Below, piece by piece: positions 54,301 to 62,865 of a stretch of DNA of 64,000 nucleotides. Position 1 is the stretch's first letter, and every line of letters starts with the position of its first letter. Below the pieces are notes generated by a model. That model was not told the origin of the DNA and ran no database searches. It worked only from the letters and a program-made list of their open reading frames with translations. The stretch spans positions 3,059,863 to 3,123,862 of the forward strand of contig OY969801.1 of assembly GCA_963703225.1 (NCBI GenBank), given 5' to 3'. The stretch is from Candidatus Eiseniibacteriota bacterium. Its GTDB lineage: Bacteria; Eisenbacteria; RBG-16-71-46; SZUA-252. The position numbers and the translations under genes were made by a program.

Positions 54301-56284
54301 GCTCAAGCCCCGAGGCGTTCCGTGCGCCGCAGTTTGGACAGCAGCTCAGGGGAGCCTTCTCCTGTGCGAAGAGATTCTGTCGATCCCGCGGCCGCCCGAA
54401 ATGCGGGCACTGACGATGGAAGATCTGTATCGTGCGGACGTGGGGGTCTGGGCAGTGGCAGTTGTCGCCGACACCAGGATCGCATTTCTTTCCGCATTGC
54501 ACGCACCAGTCCAACTCCACAGGCTTCGAGATCAGGTCCTGTGCATCATGGCCGTCTGGCTCGATCTGTGGTTGTGGGGGGTAGGGAAGCTCGTCGTCAA
54601 CGCTGAAGTACGACCAGAAAGAGTCCGCTGCCCACCCCAGATCGGTGCTAAACGAATCGAACGCTGCCGCGGGAGCATCACCCTCAGTATCTGGAGCCTG
54701 AGCGCGCCGCGGGCCTAGATCTTGGAGCCCGCCGAAGAGGTAGCCACACTTTCGGCAGCTTACAATCTCTACTAGGTGGGATGAGCGTCCGACTCCGAAG
54801 CACGCGGGGCATTGCCCCTCTGGAACGGATGAATCGGTCTTTCTCGACGCATAGAAGCTTGGTCGACCGTTCGACCTTGCCGGACATCCCATGTGGAGGC
54901 AGATGTGAAAGCCTCCCTGCGCACGCAGGAAGTAGTGAAGCCGAGTGGGCAACAGGTCATCCTGTGACCCCGCGCTCTTGGCCTGCGCAACGACTTCTAG
55001 CAGGCATTGAAGGGCCTCCTCCCCCCCTGGATCGCCTGGCCATAGCTTCTCTGCGGCGTCGAACAGTGGAATAGGTTTTGCCAAAATCTCCGATCGGAGC
55101 ATGTGCAAATTCTCGTCATGACCCAGAGCCTGTGAGAGATCACCTTCCGACTGGGGGAGGCCTAGGATCTCCACCACGTTCGCGCCTGGTTGCTCTCGCA
55201 GTCGGGCTGCTGCTTGGATATACTGCACCGCCGTCGGGCGCACTGACGGATCCCGCAACACCGGCCGCGCGGACGTTCCGCTTATCGGATTCGGCTCCGG
55301 GAAATCCTCGTCAAACAGATCCGAAGCGAAGCGTCGTACCTTTCCTTCGCTTTCGTGGTCGCCCTGAACACCCAACGTTGCCGATGTAGCGACGCAAGTC
55401 ACGTGCTCAACCTGAAGGCGGTCCTTGAGTCGGCGAATGAGAAAGGCGATTTCCGTCGCTTGCGGCCCCCTGTATGCATGGACTTCGTCAAGTACGAGGA
55501 ACTTGAGTTGCGCGCCGTCGAATATGGGAGCATCTACCGGTCGCTCGAGCAGGTACTCCAACATCGAGAAGTTTGTAATCAGTATGTGTGGCGGACTGGT
55601 TCGGATGGCGTCGCGGTGTCTCAGGTGATTCCGGGGTTCCTGCTCCAATTGCTCACGTAGACGGAGCGTAACTAGCCTCTGGAGTTCCCGCTGGGAGGTC
55701 GATTGGCTCCTTAGCTGCTCTCGGATCGAGAACTTGAGCCGCTCTTCATACTCTGCCTGAGTGCTCGGTGTCTGGCCGGTGAACCGCGCAAAGGTGATCT
55801 GCGCGTGCCCCGTGAGTAGTTTCTCCCATTCCTTGAGTTGATCGTTAACGAGGGCGTTGAGCGGATAGATGATTATTGCGCGCAATCCAGAGCTGGGATC
55901 GCGGAGCAGGTTGTCCAGAATGGGAATCTGATAGCAGAGCGTCTTCCCGCTACTGGTGCCGCTCGCAATTATGGCATTGCGGCCTTGCAAGAGAAGAGAC
56001 AGGGCATCGCTCTGATGCTTGTATAGATTACGGCCACGGAGTAGTCCACCAACCGCCGAAGCGGTCTGGGCACCGATGGGCAGACCGTCAAGTCTCTGGC
56101 CCTGTGCGTAAAACTGAGCTTTCTCGAGATACGGCCCCCTGACCAGCTCCGCTGCGGTAAGGCAAGCGTCCCATGCGCGCTTTGCCTCGCCGAATGCGCC
56201 CGCGTGGATCCGGTGCTCTGCCTTGAGAAGCTCGAGATACGGATGGAATACTTCACCCTGAAATCGCCGCGCGAGTGAATTCAA
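51392..56284 (-). CDS. Large SF2 DEAD/DEAH helicase with Zn ribbons and C-terminal DUF1998 (MrfA-type Zn domain), DruE-like
   Basis: 1630 aa: LYKHQ, SGTSSGKT, IYPLNALVNDQ, DEVH, TSAT, EHTAQ, TTTFELG, QRVGRTGR, RYAFP, ILYD..PGGSG, CDCDRACYDCL. Confidence 0.85.
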   Translation of the reverse strand: MNSLARRFQGEVFHPYLELLKAEHRIHAGAFGEAKRAWDACLTAAELVRGPYLEKAQFYAQGQRLDGLPIGAQTASAVGGLLRGRNLYKHQSDALSLLLQGRNAIIASGTSSGKTLCYQIPILDNLLRDPSSGLRAIIIYPLNALVNDQLKEWEKLLTGHAQITFARFTGQTPSTQAEYEERLKFSIREQLRSQSTSQRELQRLVTLRLREQLEQEPRNHLRHRDAIRTSPPHILITNFSMLEYLLERPVDAPIFDGAQLKFLVLDEVHAYRGPQATEIAFLIRRLKDRLQVEHVTCVATSATLGVQGDHESEGKVRRFASDLFDEDFPEPNPISGTSARPVLRDPSVRPTAVQYIQAAARLREQPGANVVEILGLPQSEGDLSQALGHDENLHMLRSEILAKPIPLFDAAEKLWPGDPGGEEALQCLLEVVAQAKSAGSQDDLLPTRLHYFLRAQGGFHICLHMGCPARSNGRPSFYASRKTDSSVPEGQCPACFGVGRSSHLVEIVSCRKCGYLFGGLQDLGPRRAQAPDTEGDAPAAAFDSFSTDLGWAADSFWSYFSVDDELPYPPQPQIEPDGHDAQDLISKPVELDWCVQCGKKCDPGVGDNCHCPDPHVRTIQIFHRQCPHFGRPRDRQNLFAQEKAPLSCCPNCGARNASGLEPLHRFQESDDESGLAIAIPFSQFEVSPPVARRPDSRKLLCFTDHRQRAAAFPSLLEEETFAHYLGRTIVRIVTALKAPMTFEQLGDRLADMTDPTSSTYDARLFLPASRLPDEEMDERRRRDLWVAEVFGYFGIPDSARESAEDLGLVGPAYRIDNGDASALHAAVGQQGLAMEESAQAVQVMLTFMRHHKAMTLPKGRVGQDTPAFGRVTADIGYSLESNDALNLKGWIPKGGAWRDNYITNYLARLLRVSPEGAILVAKSIWECLTSRAILVETRGRWKLDHERLIVSQPRSRFVCDRCSAVTTFSARACCPRKGCSGRLVVSPFKPSEENIVANWVAGTGPKGLGTIRSEEHTAQISKDLAAAIEEDFRAQGIDVLSSTTTFELGLNIGDLQKVLLRNAPPTGASYVQRVGRTGRGEERNSVCVTLCRRTKYDADSWADPARLMSGSVRPPAVFTANSIIAQRHFNAVAFTAFLRTRLLREGALGELSQRIRLEAFIPPASRERLPEEWRRVRPTGLFLDFPEWIQGRREDELVRTGGGRSLLDAVSGFASGVDGACAQYRETVRQIASELDALLDERASLFKKGQPTGDIEQAARNLLGNDVIGTLARRAFLPRYAFPLDVVSLETGRTRWSRDVDVELSRDRGIAIAEFAPGAQVVAHKKVFTSAGLYVLSKLDAPDRRWYSLCPGCGQIRTGDLADGLMGQCSVCGKSLGRQEINPFVSPTAFSIRVDGAGSGGTRHRRSTLVRQRQALTHFIDNVPDEGFRDWGLFRVALLESGKLFRYNLGPENKGFVLCHTCGYGEPLRTYRPGKPHSRLRKLSGEIVCTNHKPWTNRLAFGHEFSSYCLVARPWILPGSVESVAFALQKGLSKVLQVESSDIGVSWRWLTKRSAASAGVEVILYDRTPGGSGFTKEGYENWERLVAEARAVCSECDCDRACYDCLKDYANQTYHDLLDRNAVLKFLAIT

Positions 56285-56287
56285 TAC

Positions 56288-58405
56288 CTAGGGCTCCCAG
56301 AGGTTGGCGACGAGGCGGACACCCTCCCGTCGTAGGTGCCGTCGCAAGGGCCCGGCATCCGTGGGGCGCCACTCCATGAGGAAGAACGGCGGTTCCCCGC
56401 GCCTTCCCCCTACCAGTATCTCTGGGAGTGGCTCCGTATCGTAGGAATCAAGCATGTACCGATATGTGCTCCACAAGCGTGACGGGTCGCCGCAATACCG
56501 CATCTCAAGTGAACGGGCCGATGTGACTAGCATTACTGCACGGGATTCAGCGATTCGCCATTTGCGTCCCTCATAGCTTAGCAGACCATAGCCCAAATAC
56601 TGCTTCAGCAATGGATAGAACAAGCGGCCTTGCGGCGCGATCACCGCTTGCGCGAGAAGCAATTCGTCCCAGCGCATTCCGGTCTCGACCTGACATAGCG
56701 CAAACCACGGCAGCAGCCGACCCGGCAGGCGCCTCCAACACGTGTCTACTCTTGGGCGCCGGGACACGATGGTGACGCCGTAGTCGTGATCTAAGCCGAG
56801 GTCACGGCAAATGACCCTTAGCCGTCTCGAACCGCGCTGATCGGGAGGTCTGACGTCGATGCCTCGCAGCTCCTTTAGACTCCCGAGGGTGCGTCCCTGA
56901 GGTGCGCTCTTCACGGGCGGATCACCCCATTCCCACGAGTAATACTCTCGGTGCTCATCCTCAGAGAGCTGCTTCCATTCGCCCGCTGCCGCAAGGTGAT
57001 CAACTGAAATCTCAACTCGGCTCTTTAGCACTGAGTGGGGCTTCCGAAAATATCCTGAGGGGATGCTGACGCAAATAAGGGGGAAGTGCTCCATCTCCAG
57101 TCGCCCTTCCTTCCGCTTGAAGCACCCTGACGCAGCTCCGGGCGAGATGTAAAGGCGCGCCTCAATTTTGGGCTTGGATCGGAAGACGACGGTCTTCCTC
57201 TCCGATTCGGACTCGCCCCAAGATGCCCTTGCGGTACCACCGGTGGGCCACAGGCTTGTCACATAGCACGTCGCCGAGTCTGGCAGGGTCCGTTGCTCGT
57301 TCGCGGGATGGTCGTCCTCATCAAAACCGGCGCGCGTGAGGTTCGCCAGCGGAGACGTCGCAATGAGTTCAAAGTGACGAGTGGGTAACTCATCCCGGTT
57401 CGAGCTAGCGAATGTGCCCCTTTGGGGGTCGAAAATCCCCCATGGGCGCAACCCTGCGAGCCTGTAGGATTCGCGCACCGGCCCCGCCTCGAGCGTAAGT
57501 GACAGCCAAGGAGCAAAGGCTCTGGAATTGATCATCATTTCGTCGGGGGTCGCCGAGGCTGACTCGGAGCACGCTCCCAGCCGCCACGTCCCCGGAAGGT
57601 TCTCCCTCGGCACCGCTGGCAGATGGATGCTAATCCGATTTCGCTCGCCATCCCAGAACAGGTGAGGCCGTTGCAGAGAGAGAGAATCTGGATCGGCGGG
57701 ACGTAGAAACTCATCGGTCTCGGGGACTTCAACGAAGTATTCCATCCGGAGCAGGCTGGCGTGGGCGAGCTCCTTCACAGACAAGGTTGTGTCTTGGCTG
57801 AGGAGACTTCGTGCCTCGAGCAACTCTCGGACGAATACGCTTGCGACTTCCCTGTTCTGAAGCAGGAAGTACTTTAGTCGCGGTCGGCCACCGATTTGCT
57901 TCTCGACTGCGTCCGCCCACGCCTTCTCCGGGAGCGTGTTCCAATCGTCATTCCAGAGCGCCCATTCGCAGAACTCTAAAAACTCGTCCCAGAGGGACAA
58001 CGGTATGCCTATGTAGGACACTGCAAGGCTGACGTAGGCGCCGGGCCCAAAGACATCCGGGGCTGGTAAGAGAGCCTTCCCTGCAGCGAGAAGGAACGCG
58101 CGATTGAGGTCTGTTTGCTGGTTAACGGGTATGCGGTCGCGCCCGAGGGCGCGAGCGAATTCGGGCCAGAAGCGATTCGTGTCGTAGCCAAAAAACGCAA
58201 CACCCCCATAGAGCACGATCAGACAATGGGGGAACTTCAGCCAGTTCCCCCGCCATTCGGAGTAGGTCGCCTTGACCGTTCCCAGAAAGCGCTCCCACTC
58301 GGATCGCTCAGGGACCGCCCGCAGTAATCCCCCGGCCTTCTGCGTCTCTAGCCCGCGGACCGTTTCGCTAAGCCGGCTCTCCCACTCAGAAAGTGTATTG
58401 GTCAT
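56288..58405 (-). CDS. Uncharacterised ~705-aa protein, possible DruH-like partner of the helicase
   Basis: Long ORF ending 3 nt before the helicase start; N-terminal Y...FW..F....G...YV......GIP pattern recalls Druantia accessory proteins; alternative TTG start 58417. Confidence 0.6.
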   Translation of the reverse strand: MTNTLSEWESRLSETVRGLETQKAGGLLRAVPERSEWERFLGTVKATYSEWRGNWLKFPHCLIVLYGGVAFFGYDTNRFWPEFARALGRDRIPVNQQTDLNRAFLLAAGKALLPAPDVFGPGAYVSLAVSYIGIPLSLWDEFLEFCEWALWNDDWNTLPEKAWADAVEKQIGGRPRLKYFLLQNREVASVFVRELLEARSLLSQDTTLSVKELAHASLLRMEYFVEVPETDEFLRPADPDSLSLQRPHLFWDGERNRISIHLPAVPRENLPGTWRLGACSESASATPDEMMINSRAFAPWLSLTLEAGPVRESYRLAGLRPWGIFDPQRGTFASSNRDELPTRHFELIATSPLANLTRAGFDEDDHPANEQRTLPDSATCYVTSLWPTGGTARASWGESESERKTVVFRSKPKIEARLYISPGAASGCFKRKEGRLEMEHFPLICVSIPSGYFRKPHSVLKSRVEISVDHLAAAGEWKQLSEDEHREYYSWEWGDPPVKSAPQGRTLGSLKELRGIDVRPPDQRGSRRLRVICRDLGLDHDYGVTIVSRRPRVDTCWRRLPGRLLPWFALCQVETGMRWDELLLAQAVIAPQGRLFYPLLKQYLGYGLLSYEGRKWRIAESRAVMLVTSARSLEMRYCGDPSRLWSTYRYMLDSYDTEPLPEILVGGRRGEPPFFLMEWRPTDAGPLRRHLRREGVRLVANLWEP

Positions 58406-58469
58406 TGGTACACCCAAGAAAAGTCCCTAGGATCTGAACGGATTGCCACAGGAGCAGGGCTGAGCACTT

Positions 58470-60338
58470 CTACTCCATGCGACTCTTAAAGAAATTCCGT
58501 GTGTCCGGGTCCATGAAGTGCACGTAGCAGCCGCGCATGCCCCGGCTCAATAGGACGCGATAAGTGTTCTTCACCAGACCCACAAAGCCTTCCTTCGCCC
58601 GCTTCACCATGCGATCCGCACTCTTCGTGGGCACACCGCGCCATTCGCCCAACTTTGGGTCGTATACCAAGTCGGGGCCAAAGATTACGCCGACGTAGTC
58701 GAACTCGAACCCCTGGGCCGTGTAGACGCACCCGATCTGGTTTATTCCATTGGGATCGTATGCCCAGAGCGACGCCTTTGGGATCCCGGGGGCGAGCTTC
58801 TTCGCCTCGTATTTCGCGTCCCACGGCCTCTTGTAGTCTCCGATGACGACGTCGTCCAGCAAGAACCCGTTCTCGTCGGGCATCGACCAGTCCCAGCAGA
58901 ACCCAGCGACGACACGGGCTGTATGCCCTTGCGCGGACCGTTCGCGAATGGCGATCTCGAGACTCATGGGATCATCGTAAATTCGAAACTCGAACTCCTC
59001 ATGCTGATCCCAAAGCACGTTCGCGGTTCGGCGTATACCCAGCGTGTTGTTGACCCAACTAATGAAGGCATCGGAGCCGCTGCACCGGAATTGCGCCTCG
59101 AGCTCGTATTCCCACACCTTGCAGCCCTGGTCGATGGCATGGGACCGAATGTAGTCGGCCGAACCAATTTCGTTTGGCCGGACGACTTGGTGATCGTCTA
59201 CAAAGTAGACCCCCAGGCGGGCGGCCTCCAGCAGCTCAAGTATTTGTGGCTGGTCCGATCGTTCACTCTTAGGCGTGAAACGACTGGCACTCGTCGAGCG
59301 GATCCGGTGAGACTCGTCGGCCACCAGCACATCGATCGCGTTTGGCTGGATGTCGGTGTAACTGTTGAAGTACTTGAATTGCGCGGATCCACGGCTCCCG
59401 ATGATCTTGCGCAGGGTCTCCGTGAATGCCCGCGATCCGGTGGCGTACTGAGCATTGAGGCCCTCTTCGAGTAGCGCAGCCATCAGATTTATCGCGATGA
59501 CCGACTTACCCGTTCCAGGACCGCCGCGGACGAGAACTACAGACTTTTGAGCCGTGGCCAAGCCAGCGCGTGCGAGGGCGAGGACCTTGTCAAAAACGAC
59601 GAGCTGCTCGTCGAGGAGCGTGTAGACGGGATTCCCACGGATGAGCTTCGCAACGTGCTCGAGGAGCTTCTTGCTCGGAGCATATTCGGAGGCTTCAATC
59701 CGACGGAGAACCTCGGTACCGCCTCCGTGGCTGAGGCGAGATCCGAGGTAATCCGCAAGCGAATCTACGTCCCTCTCGCTGAAGAGTGGGAATTCGGAGA
59801 GGGTCCCGGCGAATTTCTGGGACAGCAACGGGTCTTCTGACTTGATTGCGTAGTTGTGCAGATAGGCGCAACCCGTTACGCCTACAGGCGAATCGCCAGA
59901 GTGAAACGCCGTGTGGTTGTCTTGAAGGTACCTGGAGTATTGCCCGACTTGGACCGACGGGTGGAGAACCTCCCGCTCGCTTCCGCCGACCCAGGTCAGG
60001 ACCTCGTTTTCACCATCCGCAGGGGCCGACCGCTCCCACTGTTTCAATTCGACAATGACTGCGTGGTCCCGCGAGGCCTCGCCCTTTCCCGCGACTAGAC
60101 AATCTAGACGTTTCGAAGTCTGCGGGAGCTGGTACTCCAACAGAATTCCATGATCCTTGAGCCCTGCGAATTCAATGACCTGTGCCATCGCCCGAAGCGA
60201 GTTTCGCCATGAGCCCACCTCGGCGGGCGACGGGTTGTAGCGGAAATAGTGAAAGAAGGCGTCTCGGAGCTTCTCGGCAATGCGGTTATGCACCGAGTCC
60301 GAGATGAAATCGACTGATGTGCCCGAATAGAGACGCAT
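58470..60338 (-). CDS. DUF2075 (Schlafen group 3-like) nuclease-helicase
   Basis: EVGSWRNSL, LEYQLP..SKRLD...IVELKQW (PD-(D/E)xK-like), GGPGTGKS, DESHR, QFRC, VGCVYTAQGFEFDY-like motif, NTYRVLLSRG. Confidence 0.88.
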   Translation of the reverse strand: MRLYSGTSVDFISDSVHNRIAEKLRDAFFHYFRYNPSPAEVGSWRNSLRAMAQVIEFAGLKDHGILLEYQLPQTSKRLDCLVAGKGEASRDHAVIVELKQWERSAPADGENEVLTWVGGSEREVLHPSVQVGQYSRYLQDNHTAFHSGDSPVGVTGCAYLHNYAIKSEDPLLSQKFAGTLSEFPLFSERDVDSLADYLGSRLSHGGGTEVLRRIEASEYAPSKKLLEHVAKLIRGNPVYTLLDEQLVVFDKVLALARAGLATAQKSVVLVRGGPGTGKSVIAINLMAALLEEGLNAQYATGSRAFTETLRKIIGSRGSAQFKYFNSYTDIQPNAIDVLVADESHRIRSTSASRFTPKSERSDQPQILELLEAARLGVYFVDDHQVVRPNEIGSADYIRSHAIDQGCKVWEYELEAQFRCSGSDAFISWVNNTLGIRRTANVLWDQHEEFEFRIYDDPMSLEIAIRERSAQGHTARVVAGFCWDWSMPDENGFLLDDVVIGDYKRPWDAKYEAKKLAPGIPKASLWAYDPNGINQIGCVYTAQGFEFDYVGVIFGPDLVYDPKLGEWRGVPTKSADRMVKRAKEGFVGLVKNTYRVLLSRGMRGCYVHFMDPDTRNFFKSRME

Positions 60339-60654
60339 TGTCTGTGGCAGCCCCTTCCGCCCTGCGGCGCGGGTCCTAGCCTCGCGTTCCAATCGTGACC
60401 CAGTGCTAACGGGACGCTATCCGAAGCCAGGGCGCGGGTCCAGCCGCTTGGGAGTGGGCATGGAGGTGGCCGTTAGACGCACGACGGAGCGCCCGGCGGC
60501 CACGATGGCTTCCCCCTTGTCCGACGGGCGCCAGAAGTTGACCACGCCATAGACCGGTCGTGGTCGGTTACGAGGATGGGCGCGCGCATGGCCGCAGGTG
60601 ATATTGTGGCGGCGGATCGCCAATCGCAAACCCTGATCGCCGCACGGGAGCCCA

Positions 60655-61536
60655 TTGGACCTCGCCCACGACGCACGAGTCCGAGCTGCAGCCTTCGCCT
60701 GGCTGACGGATCAGGTCGCCCGACTTGGGACGGACGTCCTGCCCCACGCTCTGCTCGCGGAAGGCTTCCAGTTTGACGGCACTCGCGTGCCACTTATCGC
60801 TCCACAAGGCATCTTCAAGCCCAAGGTCTTGGACGGCGCCCCGCTCTCGATCCGAACCGCCCACGGCGGTCCGTACGACGACGCCATCGGGCCCGACAAC
60901 CTGCTGCGCTACCGCTACCGCGGCACCGACCCAGACCACCCAGATAACAGGGGTCTCCGGAACGCGATGGCGAAGCGTCTGCCGTTGATCTACCTCCACG
61001 GGATCGCGCCGGCGAAGTATATGGTCGCGTGGCCGGTCTTCGTGATCGGGGATGACCCTGCCGGGCTCGCGGTCAAGGTGGCGGTCGATGACGCAGAGGC
61101 GCTCCCCGAAGGGGTCCCGTCTCGCGGCATCGTTCGGGATGACGTGACGAGCGCGCGCAGAACTTACATCACGTCGTTGGTGCGAGTCCGCCTTCACCAG
61201 CGGGCGTTCCGCGAGCGCGTCCTCGGGAACAGATTCGCAACAGCCAAGATTCAGAAGATCAAGTGCGACGCTCTCTACTTACTGAATGTCAAAGGTGCAC
61301 GTCGACGCGTCTTGATCTTCACGGATCGTGGAATGTGGAGACAATTCAGGAAGGAGGCCGAAGCCGGTCGTTTTCCCGGGCCCCGTAAGGTGGAGCTGTG
61401 CCACATTGAGCTTCCCCACGCAATCACTCAGCGACTACAACGTGCGAGGAAGGTGGCCTCGAACGAAGTAACGCCGAGTGGGGTTCGGAGAGCGAAGCCC
61501 GGTCGTCCCTCACGTCGTGGGAGAGCAGGTGCCTGA
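60655..61536 (+). CDS. Chimeric protein: N-terminal domain of an HNH restriction-endonuclease family fused to an unrelated C-terminus
   Basis: VRAAAFAWL, QGIFKP, PYDD, YRYRGTDPDHPDN, RLHQRAFRERVL; the expected Cys/His HNH domain is absent and composition shifts at ~61222. Confidence 0.65.
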   Translation: MDLAHDARVRAAAFAWLTDQVARLGTDVLPHALLAEGFQFDGTRVPLIAPQGIFKPKVLDGAPLSIRTAHGGPYDDAIGPDNLLRYRYRGTDPDHPDNRGLRNAMAKRLPLIYLHGIAPAKYMVAWPVFVIGDDPAGLAVKVAVDDAEALPEGVPSRGIVRDDVTSARRTYITSLVRVRLHQRAFRERVLGNRFATAKIQKIKCDALYLLNVKGARRRVLIFTDRGMWRQFRKEAEAGRFPGPRKVELCHIELPHAITQRLQRARKVASNEVTPSGVRRAKPGRPSRRGRAGA

Positions 61537-61588
61537 AGTGAAGCCTGGCTTGCAAGCGCACGGGCTGAAGCGCCGCAAACGCGACGCG

Positions 61589-62449
61589 TTACTTCGACTC
61601 GGCATAAGCCGCCTTCGAGATCTCTCCGAGTAGGCCTCGGTGCTTCTCAATGTCACCCTTTGCCAATCGGATTCTGTAGCGGCCCCACCGTTCGTCGTAA
61701 TCCATAACGTCAAGGCCCGCCGCTTCCAGTTTAGCCTGGATTGCATCCGATCTCGCAAGCCGGGGCTCCATGCCCACCCACTCTTTCTTGGGTCTGAATA
61801 TCACGAAGATGTTGGGCTGCCCGCTCCGCTTGGCCAAGCCGACGTAGAACTTGTTGTACTTCGGGCCGAGCTCTGGATCGAGGGACTTGACCATGTCGAC
61901 AAGTGCGTCAGTCATTTCGAGTGTCTGCTTGGTCGCCCGCCTCTCCCAGTAGGCTCGGTCGGTAGCTTCCTGGACCTCTTTGTCTTCCTCTCCAAGCCGC
62001 ATTTGATCAAGGACTTTCGTGAAGATCAGGCTAAGCTGATCACCGTAGCGGATCGCACACATCTGCACCGCTACGAGTGGAATGAAACCATTGAAAAGGC
62101 CAATCACGTTGAGAAGCGACTCGTGATGTCCTCCGCAACAATGACGGCAGTGTGGTCGTACTGCGGGTACCGCTTTCGTTCTAGGTCCCAGTACTCGATT
62201 GTCCGGACGATGTGCGATTCATCGGTCCTGCCTAGCTGGATCTCGATCTCGTAGCGGCGGCTGGATTCTGCATCCTGGCACAACAGGTCGAGGCGACCTG
62301 CGCGGGGTTGAACCCTATTCTTTGTCTTTGAGAATCAAGTCCCCCAGACCCAGGAGCGAGGGGTCCTCGGCGATCCTCTCTTGAACCCAGCGCTCATCAA
62401 GTTCTGGATCATCCGCAATCCAGACCCGGTCAGGCTTTACGTACTTCAT
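61589..62449 (-). pseudogene. NucS/DUF91-like PD-(D/E)xK nuclease plus DUF5655-like domain, interrupted by two compensating indels
   Basis: Reconstructed: ERWVQERIAEDPSLLGLGDL..KE / RVQPRAGRLDLL...RYEIEIQLGRTDESHIVRTIEYW...AVIVAEDITSRF / NVIGLFNG...; +1 at ~62317 gives TAG, -1 at ~62113. Confidence 0.75.
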
Positions 62450-62534
62450 GCTCGTCCCCCGTGGTGGTGCTCAGCTCAAACGCAAACTCGGACTGAAGGA
62501 GCACACCAGCGTCGATGGTAGCGCAGAATGGCGG

Positions 62535-62651
62535 CTACCGCGTAAGCACCATCTTCACAGCTCTCTGCACAGCGCCGACTTCCAACTTCGCCACATAGAC
62601 ACCTGATGGAACGGGCGCGCCACCGTCAGCATTGCCATCCCCATCGTCCAC
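62535..62651 (-). pseudogene. Orphan remnant of an FlgD-Ig/T9SS-like C-terminal sorting domain
   Basis: Translates as ..DGNADGGAPVPSGVYVAKLEVGAVQRAVKMVLTR*; upstream frame closed within ~20 codons. Confidence 0.6.
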
Positions 62652-62865
62652 GCCGCGGCCGCGCTCATCCTGGGATCTCCCGTGCCGGCTATTCTTATGA
62701 CAAAGGCGAGATTATGGGCGTGCGGTTGGCCTGGGTATCAAGGGCGAGTACACTATTCGTCTAATTGTGGGACCCGGACGCCGGGCGTATCCTCAGGTCG
62801 TTTAGAAATCTGCGCCTCACCTGGCCAGTTCTGGCTGCCGCCACGGCAGCTCCTGGAGGTGCCCC

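Noticed and set aside
60404..60478. CTAACGG...CCGTTAGAC inverted ends resembling an integron attC site
   Set aside because: Inner L boxes do not pair convincingly, and no second site or integrase was seen
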